Of a stretch of DNA of 64,000 nt, positions 21,444 to 30,165 are shown piece after piece. A model generated the notes under the pieces. That model worked only from the letters and a program-made list of their open reading frames with translations, did not search any database and had not been told where the DNA came from. A program made the translations under genes and the position numbers. Where the stretch lies: assembly GCA_037382465.1 (NCBI GenBank), contig JARRPX010000005.1, forward strand, positions 6,224-70,223, in the 5' to 3' direction. The stretch's first letter is position 1; each line of letters starts with the position of its first letter. Origin of the DNA: Anaerolineales bacterium (lineage in GTDB: Bacteria; Chloroflexota; Anaerolineae; Anaerolineales; E44-bin32).

Positions 21444-22469
21444 TTGGTGTTGGATCAAGTGGTTATGCAGTTGCCAGCGAAGTTGAATAATTCTCTCTCG
21501 TTGAGTTCGATCGTTCGGTTCTGGCGTCACTTGGTCCAGCGACGTGAATTTGCGGTATTGTTGCTGTTTCTCATCCTCTGCACTCTCTTAAGCCTGCTGA
21601 CAGATACCTTTCTCACTTTCGACAATTTATCGAACCTCGCCCGCAACTTTTCCTGGATCGCGATCATCGCCTTCGGTCAGAGCATGGTGATCATTATTGG
21701 TGGTCTCGACATGTCTGTAGGTGCGACGATGGCGTTGGCCGGCCTCATCACCGCATATTGTATGGACGAGAATATCGGCCTGCCGGTGGGTGTTGCCGTG
21801 ACCTCGGGGCTTTTCGTCGGAGTTCTCGTTGGATGGATTAATGGTTTCATGATCGCTCGCGCGAAGCTTCCATCCTATGTCGTCACCCTGGGCACGATGA
21901 GCGTGGTGCGGGGCATTGCGTTCAGCCTGACAGGCGGCTGGCCGGTACGCAATCTGCCGGAGAATTTTCGTGTTATCGGCCAACACGAGATTCAATTCGG
22001 TTCGTGGGGAATTCCGGTGCCGTTCCTGTTGACGGTGATGACGGCGCTTGTCGTAGGTTTGTTGCTCGATAAAATGGTGTTGGGCAGGTACGTTCATACA
22101 CTCAACCGGGGCGAGCGGGCGCTGCTTCTGGCCGGCGTCAACGTTAACCAGGTCACCACGCTGGTTTACACGCTCTGCGGACTTCTGGCGGCATTTGGAG
22201 GAATAGTCATGACCGCGCGTCTGGGAGTCGCTGCTCCCACCGCGGCAAGCGGGTACGAACTGGACAGCATCGCCGCTGCGGTCGTTGGCGGCACCAGCTT
22301 GTATGGAGGCGAAGGCAGTATCGTGGGTGTGTTGCTTGGCGGTGCCGTACTCCAAACCGTGCGGAATGGACTGGTCCTGCTGGGCTTTCCCGCCTACGGA
22401 CACACCGTCGCCGTAGGCGCAATGATCCTGGCGGTCATCCTATTGAACTACTGGCGACGTAAACACTAA
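21444..22469 (+). CDS. CUT2-type ABC permease, close paralogue of 16168..17172 (alternative ATG at 21465)
   Basis: FSWIAIIAFGQSMVIIIGGLDMSVGATMAL and [44 protein letters not shown] are nearly colinear with the permease of the neighbouring importer. Confidence 0.9.
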   Translation: MVLDQVVMQLPAKLNNSLSLSSIVRFWRHLVQRREFAVLLLFLILCTLLSLLTDTFLTFDNLSNLARNFSWIAIIAFGQSMVIIIGGLDMSVGATMALAGLITAYCMDENIGLPVGVAVTSGLFVGVLVGWINGFMIARAKLPSYVVTLGTMSVVRGIAFSLTGGWPVRNLPENFRVIGQHEIQFGSWGIPVPFLLTVMTALVVGLLLDKMVLGRYVHTLNRGERALLLAGVNVNQVTTLVYTLCGLLAAFGGIVMTARLGVAAPTAASGYELDSIAAAVVGGTSLYGGEGSIVGVLLGGAVLQTVRNGLVLLGFPAYGHTVAVGAMILAVILLNYWRRKH

Positions 22470-22479
22470 GACGAGAGAC

Positions 22480-24075
22480 ATGACGCAGTTATTGAAGGCG
22501 ATCGACATCTCGAAAAGCTTCGGCACCTTACCGGTCATCCGGAATGTGAGCCTGGAAATTTCGCCCGGCGAAGTCGTGGGCATTGCCGGACAGAGCGGAG
22601 CCGGGAAATCTGCATTGACCATGCTGCTCACAGGCTTTTTGACTCCCGACGAAGGCAAGTTGTTCCTTGAAGGGCAGCAACTGCGCTGGCCGTTCAACGG
22701 ACGGGCTCTCGGAATCGAGGTTATCCATCAACACCCAGATTTGGCTGAAGACCTCGACGTCAGCAGCAACGTATTTCTGGGAAATGAAATTGGATGGTCG
22801 TTGGGGGATGATTGGCTCAAATTCCCCAATCGGCGGCGAATGGCCAAGGAGACGGTCCGTATCCTGACGCAATTAGGGGCCAACCTCGAGGACCCACACG
22901 AGATCGTTGCCAATCTTTCGAGCGAGCAACGTCAATTAATTGCGATAGCTCGCGTAATGGTCAATCCATCGAAGTTGATCATCGTTGACAATCCGACGCT
23001 TGCGCTCAGCTATCCATACCAGCACAAACTCCTATCGCTCATCGAAAGCTGGCAGCAGCAGGGAATCGCCGTCCTGATCAACAGCGACAACCCCGATCAC
23101 TTGTTGGCAGTTACCGACCGTATCATCGTTCTGCGGAACGGGCGCTGCGACAACGAGTTCCAAACCGACGACACGAATCGTGAAGAGGTGGTCGCTGCGA
23201 TGGTGGGAACCATCGACCGTCAACAGCTCACGCCAATCCTCTGGGCGCTGGACAGCTATTATCGTGCTCGTGAGCAGGCTGAAAAGCTGTCCCAGCGACA
23301 GGCCATGCTCGAAAAGGGCCTGGCTTCGGGAGAAATGATCAATCGACAGTTCATCAGCCAGTTGGCCAATCAAATCGACGCGCTGGACCAGGTTAACGCG
23401 GCGCTGCAAAACGCACAGCGCCGCTTGTTGACCGAACTCGAGCAGGAACGCAAAGGCCTGGCGCGCGAAATCCACGATCAGGTAATCCAGGATATGTTGG
23501 GAGTGAATTATCGCCTGGAGGAAATTGAATCCTATGATAATTTGGCGCCCGCGGTAAGAAACGAGCTGTCCAGCCTGCAAGACAGAATTCGCACGCTGGT
23601 GGACGACTTGCGCGATATCTGCGGCAACTTGCGCCCGCCGACAATCGACAGTTTGGGTCTGGGACCGGCCATTGGTTCGTACGCGAGAGATTGGACCAGG
23701 CGATCCGGAATCCCGGTGACCCTGGATATTGATCCCGAGCTTGGGCGCTTGCCGGAAGCCATCGAGTTGTCGATCTTCCGCATCGTGCAAGAGGGGTTGA
23801 ATAACGTGCACAAGCATTCCGGCGCCAGCGAATCCAGAGTCGAACTACGGCGCACCCTGCCGCGCACATTGATGCTCTCCGTATCTGATAATGGACAGGG
23901 CGTTGACGGCGATTTCGATCTAACCATGCTGCCCGAAAGCGGCCACTATGGACTGTTGGGCATCAGCGAGCGGGTGGTGCTGTTGGGTGGGCGGCTTAAA
24001 TTGCAGAATAATGAAGACGGCGGCTTGCTGCTCCAGGTTGAGATCCCCCATCCCCGATTGGAAATGACTACCTAG
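22480..24075 (+). CDS. Fusion protein: single ABC nucleotide-binding domain (degenerate catalytic motifs) - coiled-coil linker - NarL-class histidine kinase (HisKA_3 + HATPase_c)
   Basis: Walker A GQSGAGKS (22588..22611). Signature-like LSSEQ (22915..22929). Walker B LIIVDN (22975..22992). Q/E/L-rich linker. H-box AREIHDQVIQD (His codon 23473..23475). EGLNNVHKH, SDNGQG and GHYGLLGISERV are the kinase ATP-lid motifs. Confidence 0.85.
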   Translation: MTQLLKAIDISKSFGTLPVIRNVSLEISPGEVVGIAGQSGAGKSALTMLLTGFLTPDEGKLFLEGQQLRWPFNGRALGIEVIHQHPDLAEDLDVSSNVFLGNEIGWSLGDDWLKFPNRRRMAKETVRILTQLGANLEDPHEIVANLSSEQRQLIAIARVMVNPSKLIIVDNPTLALSYPYQHKLLSLIESWQQQGIAVLINSDNPDHLLAVTDRIIVLRNGRCDNEFQTDDTNREEVVAAMVGTIDRQQLTPILWALDSYYRAREQAEKLSQRQAMLEKGLASGEMINRQFISQLANQIDALDQVNAALQNAQRRLLTELEQERKGLAREIHDQVIQDMLGVNYRLEEIESYDNLAPAVRNELSSLQDRIRTLVDDLRDICGNLRPPTIDSLGLGPAIGSYARDWTRRSGIPVTLDIDPELGRLPEAIELSIFRIVQEGLNNVHKHSGASESRVELRRTLPRTLMLSVSDNGQGVDGDFDLTMLPESGHYGLLGISERVVLLGGRLKLQNNEDGGLLLQVEIPHPRLEMTT

Positions 24076-24454
24076 TGAACAACGGATAATCCTATACGGG
24101 GAGAAACCTCGTCTGGAAGAATTGCGCATCTTTTTTTCGCTGTAATGGATGATGATGTTAAGTTTTCACAAACGGCAGCGATATACTGCTGCATTTCATG
24201 ATCGGTAACATTATGATACAAATCGATCTTCGCTAGTGGAGGAATTAGGGGCATTTCGCTGTTCAAACGGCCAGATTATGGGTGAAGTCACAGGAAAGCA
24301 ACGTGAACGGAGCAATGGATTAAAGAGAAGTTGCATCAGAATTTGGTGCGCATTTAGTTTTCCACCCTACAAGTTTTTCCCCTTGTACGAAATCTCGAAC
24401 GCCCGGTTCTCAGTGTGATTCTCTTGACAAACGCAAAATAATATGAAATGATCT

Positions 24455-24481
24455 GGTAACGTTACCCTGATAACGTTATCA
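24455..24481. promoter_or_regulatory. Two adjacent LacI-family operator palindromes upstream of the lacI-family gene
   Basis: ggtaacgttacc (24455..24466) and tgataacgttatca (24468..24481) are both perfect palindromes with the central CG typical of LacI/GalR operators. They lie 40 nt upstream of the regulator ATG, and a TTGACA occurs at 24424..24429. Confidence 0.6.
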
Positions 24482-24520
24482 TATTCTCGCCATTTACGAC
24501 AAACCTACAAAAGCGAAGAG

Positions 24521-25534
24521 ATGCCAACAGTTCTTGATGTAGCCAAGCGTGCAGGTGTCGCACCGATCACGGTTTCTCGGGTGATCAATAACTCGGGCTA
24601 TGTCAGCCAAGCTACTCGGGAGCGTGTCGAAGCAGCGGTCAAGGAGTTGGGATATGTTCCCAACACGCTGGCTCGCGGACTCCGCTCGAAACAGACGAAG
24701 ACTCTGGCGCTGGTCGTCACGGATATCACCAACCCATACTTTACTTTGATGGCCAGAGGGGTTGAGGACGCGGCGGGGATCTCCGACTATACGGTCGTTT
24801 ATTGCAATACGGATGAATCTGAAGCAAAGGAAGAAAAATATGCCAATCTATTGGCCCAGCGGCAGGTAGACGGCGTGCTATTGGTTCCTTCGTGTGGGAA
24901 TGTAAAGACGATCAAGTTCTTGCTCTCGAACGACATCAACGTTGTGGCGCTCGATCGCCGCGTTTCGGGCGTCAAAATCGATTGTGTACGCTCTGACTCG
25001 GAAAATGGCGCCTGTCGATTGATCGAGTTGCTCATCGGACTGGGGCACAAACGGATCGCTACAATTACCGGACCCAAAGATGTTTCAACTTCAGTCGACC
25101 GTGTAGCTGGCTATCGGCGAGCATTGGTCGAATCGAGCTTGGCGGAATACGAGCAAGTTCATTATGGGATGTTCAACCAGGAGAGTGGCTACAAATTCAC
25201 CAGGCAGGTGATGATGCATTCGCCAAAGCCGACGGCCATATTTGGTGCCAACAACTATATTGCGATTGGGATTATTAAAGCTTTGCGTGATCTCGAGTTC
25301 GATGTGCCTGGCGACGTCTCTGTTGTCGCATTTGATGATTTTCCCGAATCGATGCTCCTGGCGCCTTTTTTAACCATTGCTTATCAGCCAGCCTACGAGA
25401 TGGGGCAAATGGCGACTGAAATGTTGCTGAAACGTATTTCAGGTGAAATTACTGGAGAATGTCAAAACTTGGTATTGCCTACCGAAATCATCGAACGCGA
25501 ATCGGCTGGCCCAATCTGGAATAGAAGCAGGTGA
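24521..25534 (+). CDS. LacI-family transcriptional regulator
   Basis: MPTVLDVAKRAGVAPITVSRVINNSGYVSQATRERVEAAVKELGYVPNTLARGLRS is the canonical LacI HTH plus hinge. It is followed by a PBP type I sugar-binding core. Confidence 0.95.
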   Translation: MPTVLDVAKRAGVAPITVSRVINNSGYVSQATRERVEAAVKELGYVPNTLARGLRSKQTKTLALVVTDITNPYFTLMARGVEDAAGISDYTVVYCNTDESEAKEEKYANLLAQRQVDGVLLVPSCGNVKTIKFLLSNDINVVALDRRVSGVKIDCVRSDSENGACRLIELLIGLGHKRIATITGPKDVSTSVDRVAGYRRALVESSLAEYEQVHYGMFNQESGYKFTRQVMMHSPKPTAIFGANNYIAIGIIKALRDLEFDVPGDVSVVAFDDFPESMLLAPFLTIAYQPAYEMGQMATEMLLKRISGEITGECQNLVLPTEIIERESAGPIWNRSR

Positions 25535-25562
25535 CACTGGGAAGCGTATATTTTTATCTCGT

Positions 25563-25580
25563 TGTGGTAACGTTACCACA
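25563..25580. promoter_or_regulatory. LacI-family operator (18-bp perfect palindrome) upstream of the ABC importer genes
   Basis: tgtggtaacgttaccaca contains the same GGTAACGTTACC core as the site at 24455..24466. Confidence 0.6.
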
Positions 25581-25779
25581 TTGCTCTTCGATCTCGTAAT
25601 CTGGGAAGAGGCTAGGTGTTGATGGCGCAACAAAGCAGCGACAATTCCATCCCGGGGATTCCATTTTTACACTGCCGGCCCTTGTCAGTATTGAACGGTC
25701 AGCTTTCGTGTCGTTGGTGGAGTGATTCATTTCCTTGTCGGCAAGAGAGTTTTGTAGCTCGAAACTCAAGGAGATTGCG

Positions 25780-26574
25780 ATGAAACCCAAAACAGAAGCC
25801 ACGCCCATTGTGGAAATGCGGCATATCAAGAAGAGCTTCGCTGCCGTCCGGGCGCTGCGCGGCGTAGATCTGACACTGCACGAGAATGAGGTGTTGGGGT
25901 TGGTGGGCGACAACGCCGCGGGTAAATCCACATTGATGAAAGTTCTCAGTGGCGCCTACATCCCTGACGGTGGAGAAATCTTCATCGAAGGTAAGAAAGT
26001 GCATTTTAACAATCCGTTGGATGCGCGCCAAATGGGGATCGAGATGGTTTACCAGGATTTGGCCCTGGTCAACCACCTGAGTGTGGCAGCCAATGTTTTT
26101 CTTGGACGGGAAGAGATGTCCGTACAAATGGGTTTGTTTGGCGTGATCGACCAGCGTCATATAGAAGAAGAGACGCAGCGCCTGCTCGATCGTCTCAAGA
26201 TTGACATCTCCTCCGTACGCTTGGGTGTGGAACGACTTTCAGGTGGCCAGCGTCAAGCTGTGGCCATTGCCCGGGCGACGGCGTTCAACGCCAAGGTCAT
26301 CATCATGGATGAGCCTACGGCGGCTTTGAGTGTGGCGGCTATTGACAAGGTGCTCGATCTGGTGCGGGAGCTCAAGACGCAGGGTTGTTCGATCATCATC
26401 ATCAGCCACCGCCTGGAGGACATATATCGGGTGAGTGAGCGAATGGTGGTGCTGCGTCACGGGCGCAAAGTCTGCGATTATCCCGTCTCTGGTGACATTC
26501 ATGATTTCCGCGAGCGGGTGGTCGCTTACATCGTTGGCGCCCGAAATGATTTTCCCGAGGCAGAAGTTGATTGA
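25780..26574 (+). CDS. Sugar ABC transporter ATP-binding protein, single NBD (FrcA-like)
   Basis: AAGGAG RBS (25767..25772) 7 nt before ATG 25780; the ORF-track start at 25735 is probably too long. [26 protein letters not shown] and ISHRLED are all canonical. Confidence 0.92.
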   Translation: MKPKTEATPIVEMRHIKKSFAAVRALRGVDLTLHENEVLGLVGDNAAGKSTLMKVLSGAYIPDGGEIFIEGKKVHFNNPLDARQMGIEMVYQDLALVNHLSVAANVFLGREEMSVQMGLFGVIDQRHIEEETQRLLDRLKIDISSVRLGVERLSGGQRQAVAIARATAFNAKVIIMDEPTAALSVAAIDKVLDLVRELKTQGCSIIIISHRLEDIYRVSERMVVLRHGRKVCDYPVSGDIHDFRERVVAYIVGARNDFPEAEVD

Positions 26575-26599
26575 TGCGCGTGAAGGAAAGGGTGCTTTC

Positions 26600-26803
26600 A
26601 TGATCTCCTCAAACGCGCTGGAGACGTTTGGCATGATGTATTGCTCTGCGGTTCTTCTCACGGGAGATCTAACGACGGTTCGCGGCCGTGTTGAAACGAC
26701 GCCGATTGAAGTACTCAATCCTGCCACCGGACCGGCCTCGTTAGTGAGAGTCGGCGTAGCGGCGACTGATAAAGGGCCAAACAAAAGGAAAGAGCAGCCA
26801 TGA
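26600..26803 (+). CDS. Possible 67-aa small ORF filling the ATPase-permease gap (hypothetical)
   Basis: ATG preceded by GAAGGAAAGGG. Its stop overlaps the permease start as ATGA (26800..26803). No recognisable motif, so this rests on position only. Confidence 0.25.
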   Translation: MISSNALETFGMMYCSAVLLTGDLTTVRGRVETTPIEVLNPATGPASLVRVGVAATDKGPNKRKEQP

Positions 26804-27810
26804 GCGAGATATTAACGGAACAAATTAGCAGGGATGATGCAGTTCGCGCCGGGGAGGCAGCCGTGAATCGCGGCTTGGCTGTGGACAGGTTCATTCGCTT
26901 ATTTGCAGTTGCTGTGTTGTTTACTATCTTCTCAATAACGGCCAGGAACTTCTTTACCGTCCGAAGCATTCTCACGCTTGCCTTGCAAACCAGCACGATC
27001 ACCCTCATGGGTATCGGTGTGACCTTCACGATCATCACGGGCGGTATCGATCTCTCTATCGGATCGATCGTTGCCCTGTCCGGCACCATCGCCGTGATGG
27101 TTGCCCTTGAAGGAGTCCCCATCTGGCTCAGCATGATCGTCGGGCTGCTTGTCGGAGTCGTGAGCGGTCTCATCAACGGACTGATGATCACCAAAATGAA
27201 GCTGCCTCCGTTCATCGCAACGCTCGGCATGATGATGGTTGCCAGAGGGGTTGCGCTTACGATTACGAATGCAAATGCAAAGCCGGCGCCTGAAGGGTTC
27301 GGTGAGTTGGGCAACGGCACCATTCTGGGGACCGGACCGGAATTCCCGGGTCTATCCTACCCGCTGTTGATCATGATCGCAGTGGCGTTCGTCTTTCATT
27401 TCATTCTCGCGAAAACGCGGCTCGGAAGGTACACCTACGCCGTGGGGTCGAACGAAGAGGCGGCACGGCTCGCCGGGATCAAGATCCATCAGGTTAAAAT
27501 CATCAATTACATTTTCTGCGGCCTGCTTACGGCATTGGTCGGCATCATCCTCGCCTCCCGCATGATCACATCCCAACCCAACAGCGCAATTGGCTACGAG
27601 ATGAACGCCATTGCTGCCGCCGTCATCGGCGGCACAAGCCTCATGGGTGGCGTAGGCACAGTAGCAGGGACGGTGATCGGTTCTTTCATCATCGGCATAT
27701 TAACCGTGGGACTCACGATGCAGGGTGCAAATTATTTCATGCAGCAGATCGTTATCGGGCTCGTGGTTATCGGCGCAGTAACAGTCGACCGACTCAGAAA
27801 CCGAAAGTGA
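26800..27810 (+). CDS. CUT2-type sugar ABC transporter permease
   Basis: [42 protein letters not shown] and [19 protein letters not shown] resemble RbsC/FrcC. Confidence 0.9.
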   Translation: MSEILTEQISRDDAVRAGEAAVNRGLAVDRFIRLFAVAVLFTIFSITARNFFTVRSILTLALQTSTITLMGIGVTFTIITGGIDLSIGSIVALSGTIAVMVALEGVPIWLSMIVGLLVGVVSGLINGLMITKMKLPPFIATLGMMMVARGVALTITNANAKPAPEGFGELGNGTILGTGPEFPGLSYPLLIMIAVAFVFHFILAKTRLGRYTYAVGSNEEAARLAGIKIHQVKIINYIFCGLLTALVGIILASRMITSQPNSAIGYEMNAIAAAVIGGTSLMGGVGTVAGTVIGSFIIGILTVGLTMQGANYFMQQIVIGLVVIGAVTVDRLRNRK

Positions 27811-27948
27811 GAGACGAAGGATCGCGATATCGGACTCCCCACTTTGTTCATGTCTCGAGAGGAGGTGCTCGCTTCATACTGATGAAAATTCGGCAACGCT
27901 ACTACGATCCGTTCTATGAACCGACTATTTCGAAGGAGAAGAGATAAT

Positions 27949-29010
27949 ATGAATAAGAAACTGTTCGCTCTAACAAGCCTTCTCATGGTCATTTCTCTCG
28001 CCTTGGCAAGCTGCGGCGCTCCGGCGACTGCGGAAGTCATCGAGAGAGAAGTTGAGGTGACGAAGATCGTCGAAGTAACCTCCGCCCCCGCTGCAGTGGT
28101 AGAAGAGGGTGGGGAGATTGCGGTCATCGTCAAGACGGGCAACTCCAGCTTCTGGCAGAATGTGCAGACTGGGGCAATGGACGCCCAGAACGAGCTTCAG
28201 GATAAGACTCCCAAGCTCTCGGTCACCTTCCTTGGAGCCCAGTCAGAGAGCAACATCAACGAGCAGATCAACATCGTCGAGAGCGCAATCGATCGCGGCG
28301 TGAAGGCGATCGTGCTTGCGCCCTCAGATACCCAGGCTCTCATCCCGGTGGTAGAGAAGGCAAAGGCTGCCGGCATTCCTGTGGTCATCATCGACTCGCT
28401 GCTCGAAGGCCCGGAAGATAACTACGTATCATTCCTTGCGACCGACAACTATGCAGCAGGAGAAGCTTGTGCCAAGAGGCTGATCGAGGAAGTAAAGGCC
28501 AACACGGGCGGCGATAGCGGCAATATTGCCGTTATGTCTTACGTTGCCGGCGTGGGCTCCGAGATTGGCCGCGTGGGTGGCTTCAAGGATTACATCGCGG
28601 CGAACTCGAATCTGGAGGTCGTCACGACTCAGTACTCCAACGCCGACATGCCCACCGCACTCGACCAGACGACGAATGTGCTGCAAGCAAACCCAGATCT
28701 GGTGGGTATCTTCGGCGCCAACGAGCCGACCGCCATTGGTATGGGCCGCGCGATCGAGCAAGCAGGCCTTGCAGGGACGATTGCCGCGATTGGCTTCGAT
28801 GGCAATAGTGTCCTGGCAGAAATGGTCAGAAACGACACGCTGCAGGCCATTGCCGTTCAAAGCTCCTATAACATGGGCTACTTGGGCGTCATGACTGCCT
28901 ATGCCGTTGCCTTTGAAGGCGAGACGGTTGACCACTATGTCGACACTGGCTTCATCATGGTCGACAAGGACAACATCGATTCTCAGGATGCTCAGAACGT
29001 GCTCTACTAG
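27949..29010 (+). CDS. Sugar ABC transporter substrate-binding lipoprotein (PBP type I)
   Basis: GAAGGAG RBS. MNKKLFALTSLLMVISLALASCG is a lipoprotein signal. IAVIVKTGNSSFWQNV, VKAIVLAP and IGFDG resemble RbsB. The ORF-track start at 27916 is probably too long. Confidence 0.88.
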   Translation: MNKKLFALTSLLMVISLALASCGAPATAEVIEREVEVTKIVEVTSAPAAVVEEGGEIAVIVKTGNSSFWQNVQTGAMDAQNELQDKTPKLSVTFLGAQSESNINEQINIVESAIDRGVKAIVLAPSDTQALIPVVEKAKAAGIPVVIIDSLLEGPEDNYVSFLATDNYAAGEACAKRLIEEVKANTGGDSGNIAVMSYVAGVGSEIGRVGGFKDYIAANSNLEVVTTQYSNADMPTALDQTTNVLQANPDLVGIFGANEPTAIGMGRAIEQAGLAGTIAAIGFDGNSVLAEMVRNDTLQAIAVQSSYNMGYLGVMTAYAVAFEGETVDHYVDTGFIMVDKDNIDSQDAQNVLY

Positions 29011-29030
29011 TTGCCAATTAGGTCTATCGT

Positions 29031-29062
29031 GGACGGTCTGTGCCTGAAAACACAGGCCGTCC
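29031..29062 (+). terminator. Stem-loop 20 nt after the binding-protein gene (12-bp stem including one G-U pair, 8-nt loop); no U-tract
   Basis: ggacggtctgtg / cctgaaaa / cacaggccgtcc. Confidence 0.45.
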
Positions 29063-29345
29063 ATGCCTGGTTGGCAGGGCGGTCAAAGATGGTTGCATTT
29101 CAGTCGGCGACGAGAGAATAGTCTGGGTGGGAAGTCCAAGAACACAGGACGGCATGCCTTGACGATGGTAAGAATTGTTGCAACTTATGACGCTAACGGT
29201 TTCCTATTGCGCTATGGGCAATGATGTGAGGAAGATAGTGGCCTCGAGTCGAGTACGAACAAGTATAGTTCTACGTATCTGGTCCAACCGAAAGGGGCAC
29301 GCTTCGCAGAGCAGTTAGCTTGGTTGAGTAAAGGAGAGGCTGGTT

Positions 29346-29819
29346 ATGTTGATTGGAATATCCCCTTTGATTTCTCCTGATTTACTGGCAGTCTTGTACC
29401 GCATGGGACATGGGGATGAAATCGTGCTCGCCGATGCGCACTTTCCAGGTGAGACTTGTGGTCAACGTGTGTTGCGCGCAGATGGTTTGAAGATCGCGGA
29501 TTTATTGGATGCAATCCTGCCCCTTTTTATTCTGGATACCTATGTCGAAAGCCCACTAATCATGATGGCGGTGGTTGCAGGCGATCAGGCAGATCCGGCC
29601 GTGGAGGTTTCATATCGGCTGATCATCGACAAATACTGGCCCAACACACCGCCTATTCAACGCATTGATCGTTTTGAGTTTTACGACAGGGCGAAACAAG
29701 CATTTGCCGTCCTCATGACCGGCGAGACGGCAAAATATGGCAACATCATTTTGAAGAAAGGAGTGACTCCCATTATTGATAATGAGGGAATATGGCCAAT
29801 AGGTGATAGTCATAAGTAA
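29346..29819 (+). CDS. fucU: L-fucose mutarotase (RbsD/FucU family)
   Basis: [34 protein letters not shown]...RADGL...[31 protein letters not shown] is colinear with E. coli FucU as I recall it (ISPLISPELL..MGHGDEI..DAHFP..KYGNILLKKGVTP). Confidence 0.9.
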   Translation: MLIGISPLISPDLLAVLYRMGHGDEIVLADAHFPGETCGQRVLRADGLKIADLLDAILPLFILDTYVESPLIMMAVVAGDQADPAVEVSYRLIIDKYWPNTPPIQRIDRFEFYDRAKQAFAVLMTGETAKYGNIILKKGVTPIIDNEGIWPIGDSHK

Positions 29820-30165
29820 GCTGTTTTAGAGGATAGGAACCAGCCGGGTATCCCCTTACAGATCATGGGTGGTCTGGCAGCGATGCGCCAGGCGCGTGGA
29901 AAGGAAGCGAAGTCGATTCCATGGCGATTGCACCTCACCCGCAGTTGCCAGCGTCGCGATCACAGATTAATTAAATGGAACACCGGAGGAATTGAGTAGG
30001 GGCCGGCGGCAGTGAGAAAGTTGTTGAAAATGGATGGTAATTTGACCAGGAAGGTTTCGAGAGTAATTGGAAGCAGACGCGCTGCCAACGCGAGACTTGT
30101 CGAAACAGCCACGTCTGGATATTGAAATGTAGTCCTGTTGTAGTAGTAGCACTTTACAAGGAGTC

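Noticed and set aside
21627-23817. Long antisense ORFs (21627..22403 -, 23032..23817 -, 23393..23869 -) inside the sensor module.
   Set aside because: The plus-strand frames carry unmistakable permease, NBD and kinase motifs. The antisense products have none.
24072-24266. 64-aa minus-strand ORF in the spacer between the NBD::HK gene and lacI.
   Set aside because: It has no RBS or motif and overlaps the end of the kinase gene. I treat it as noise.
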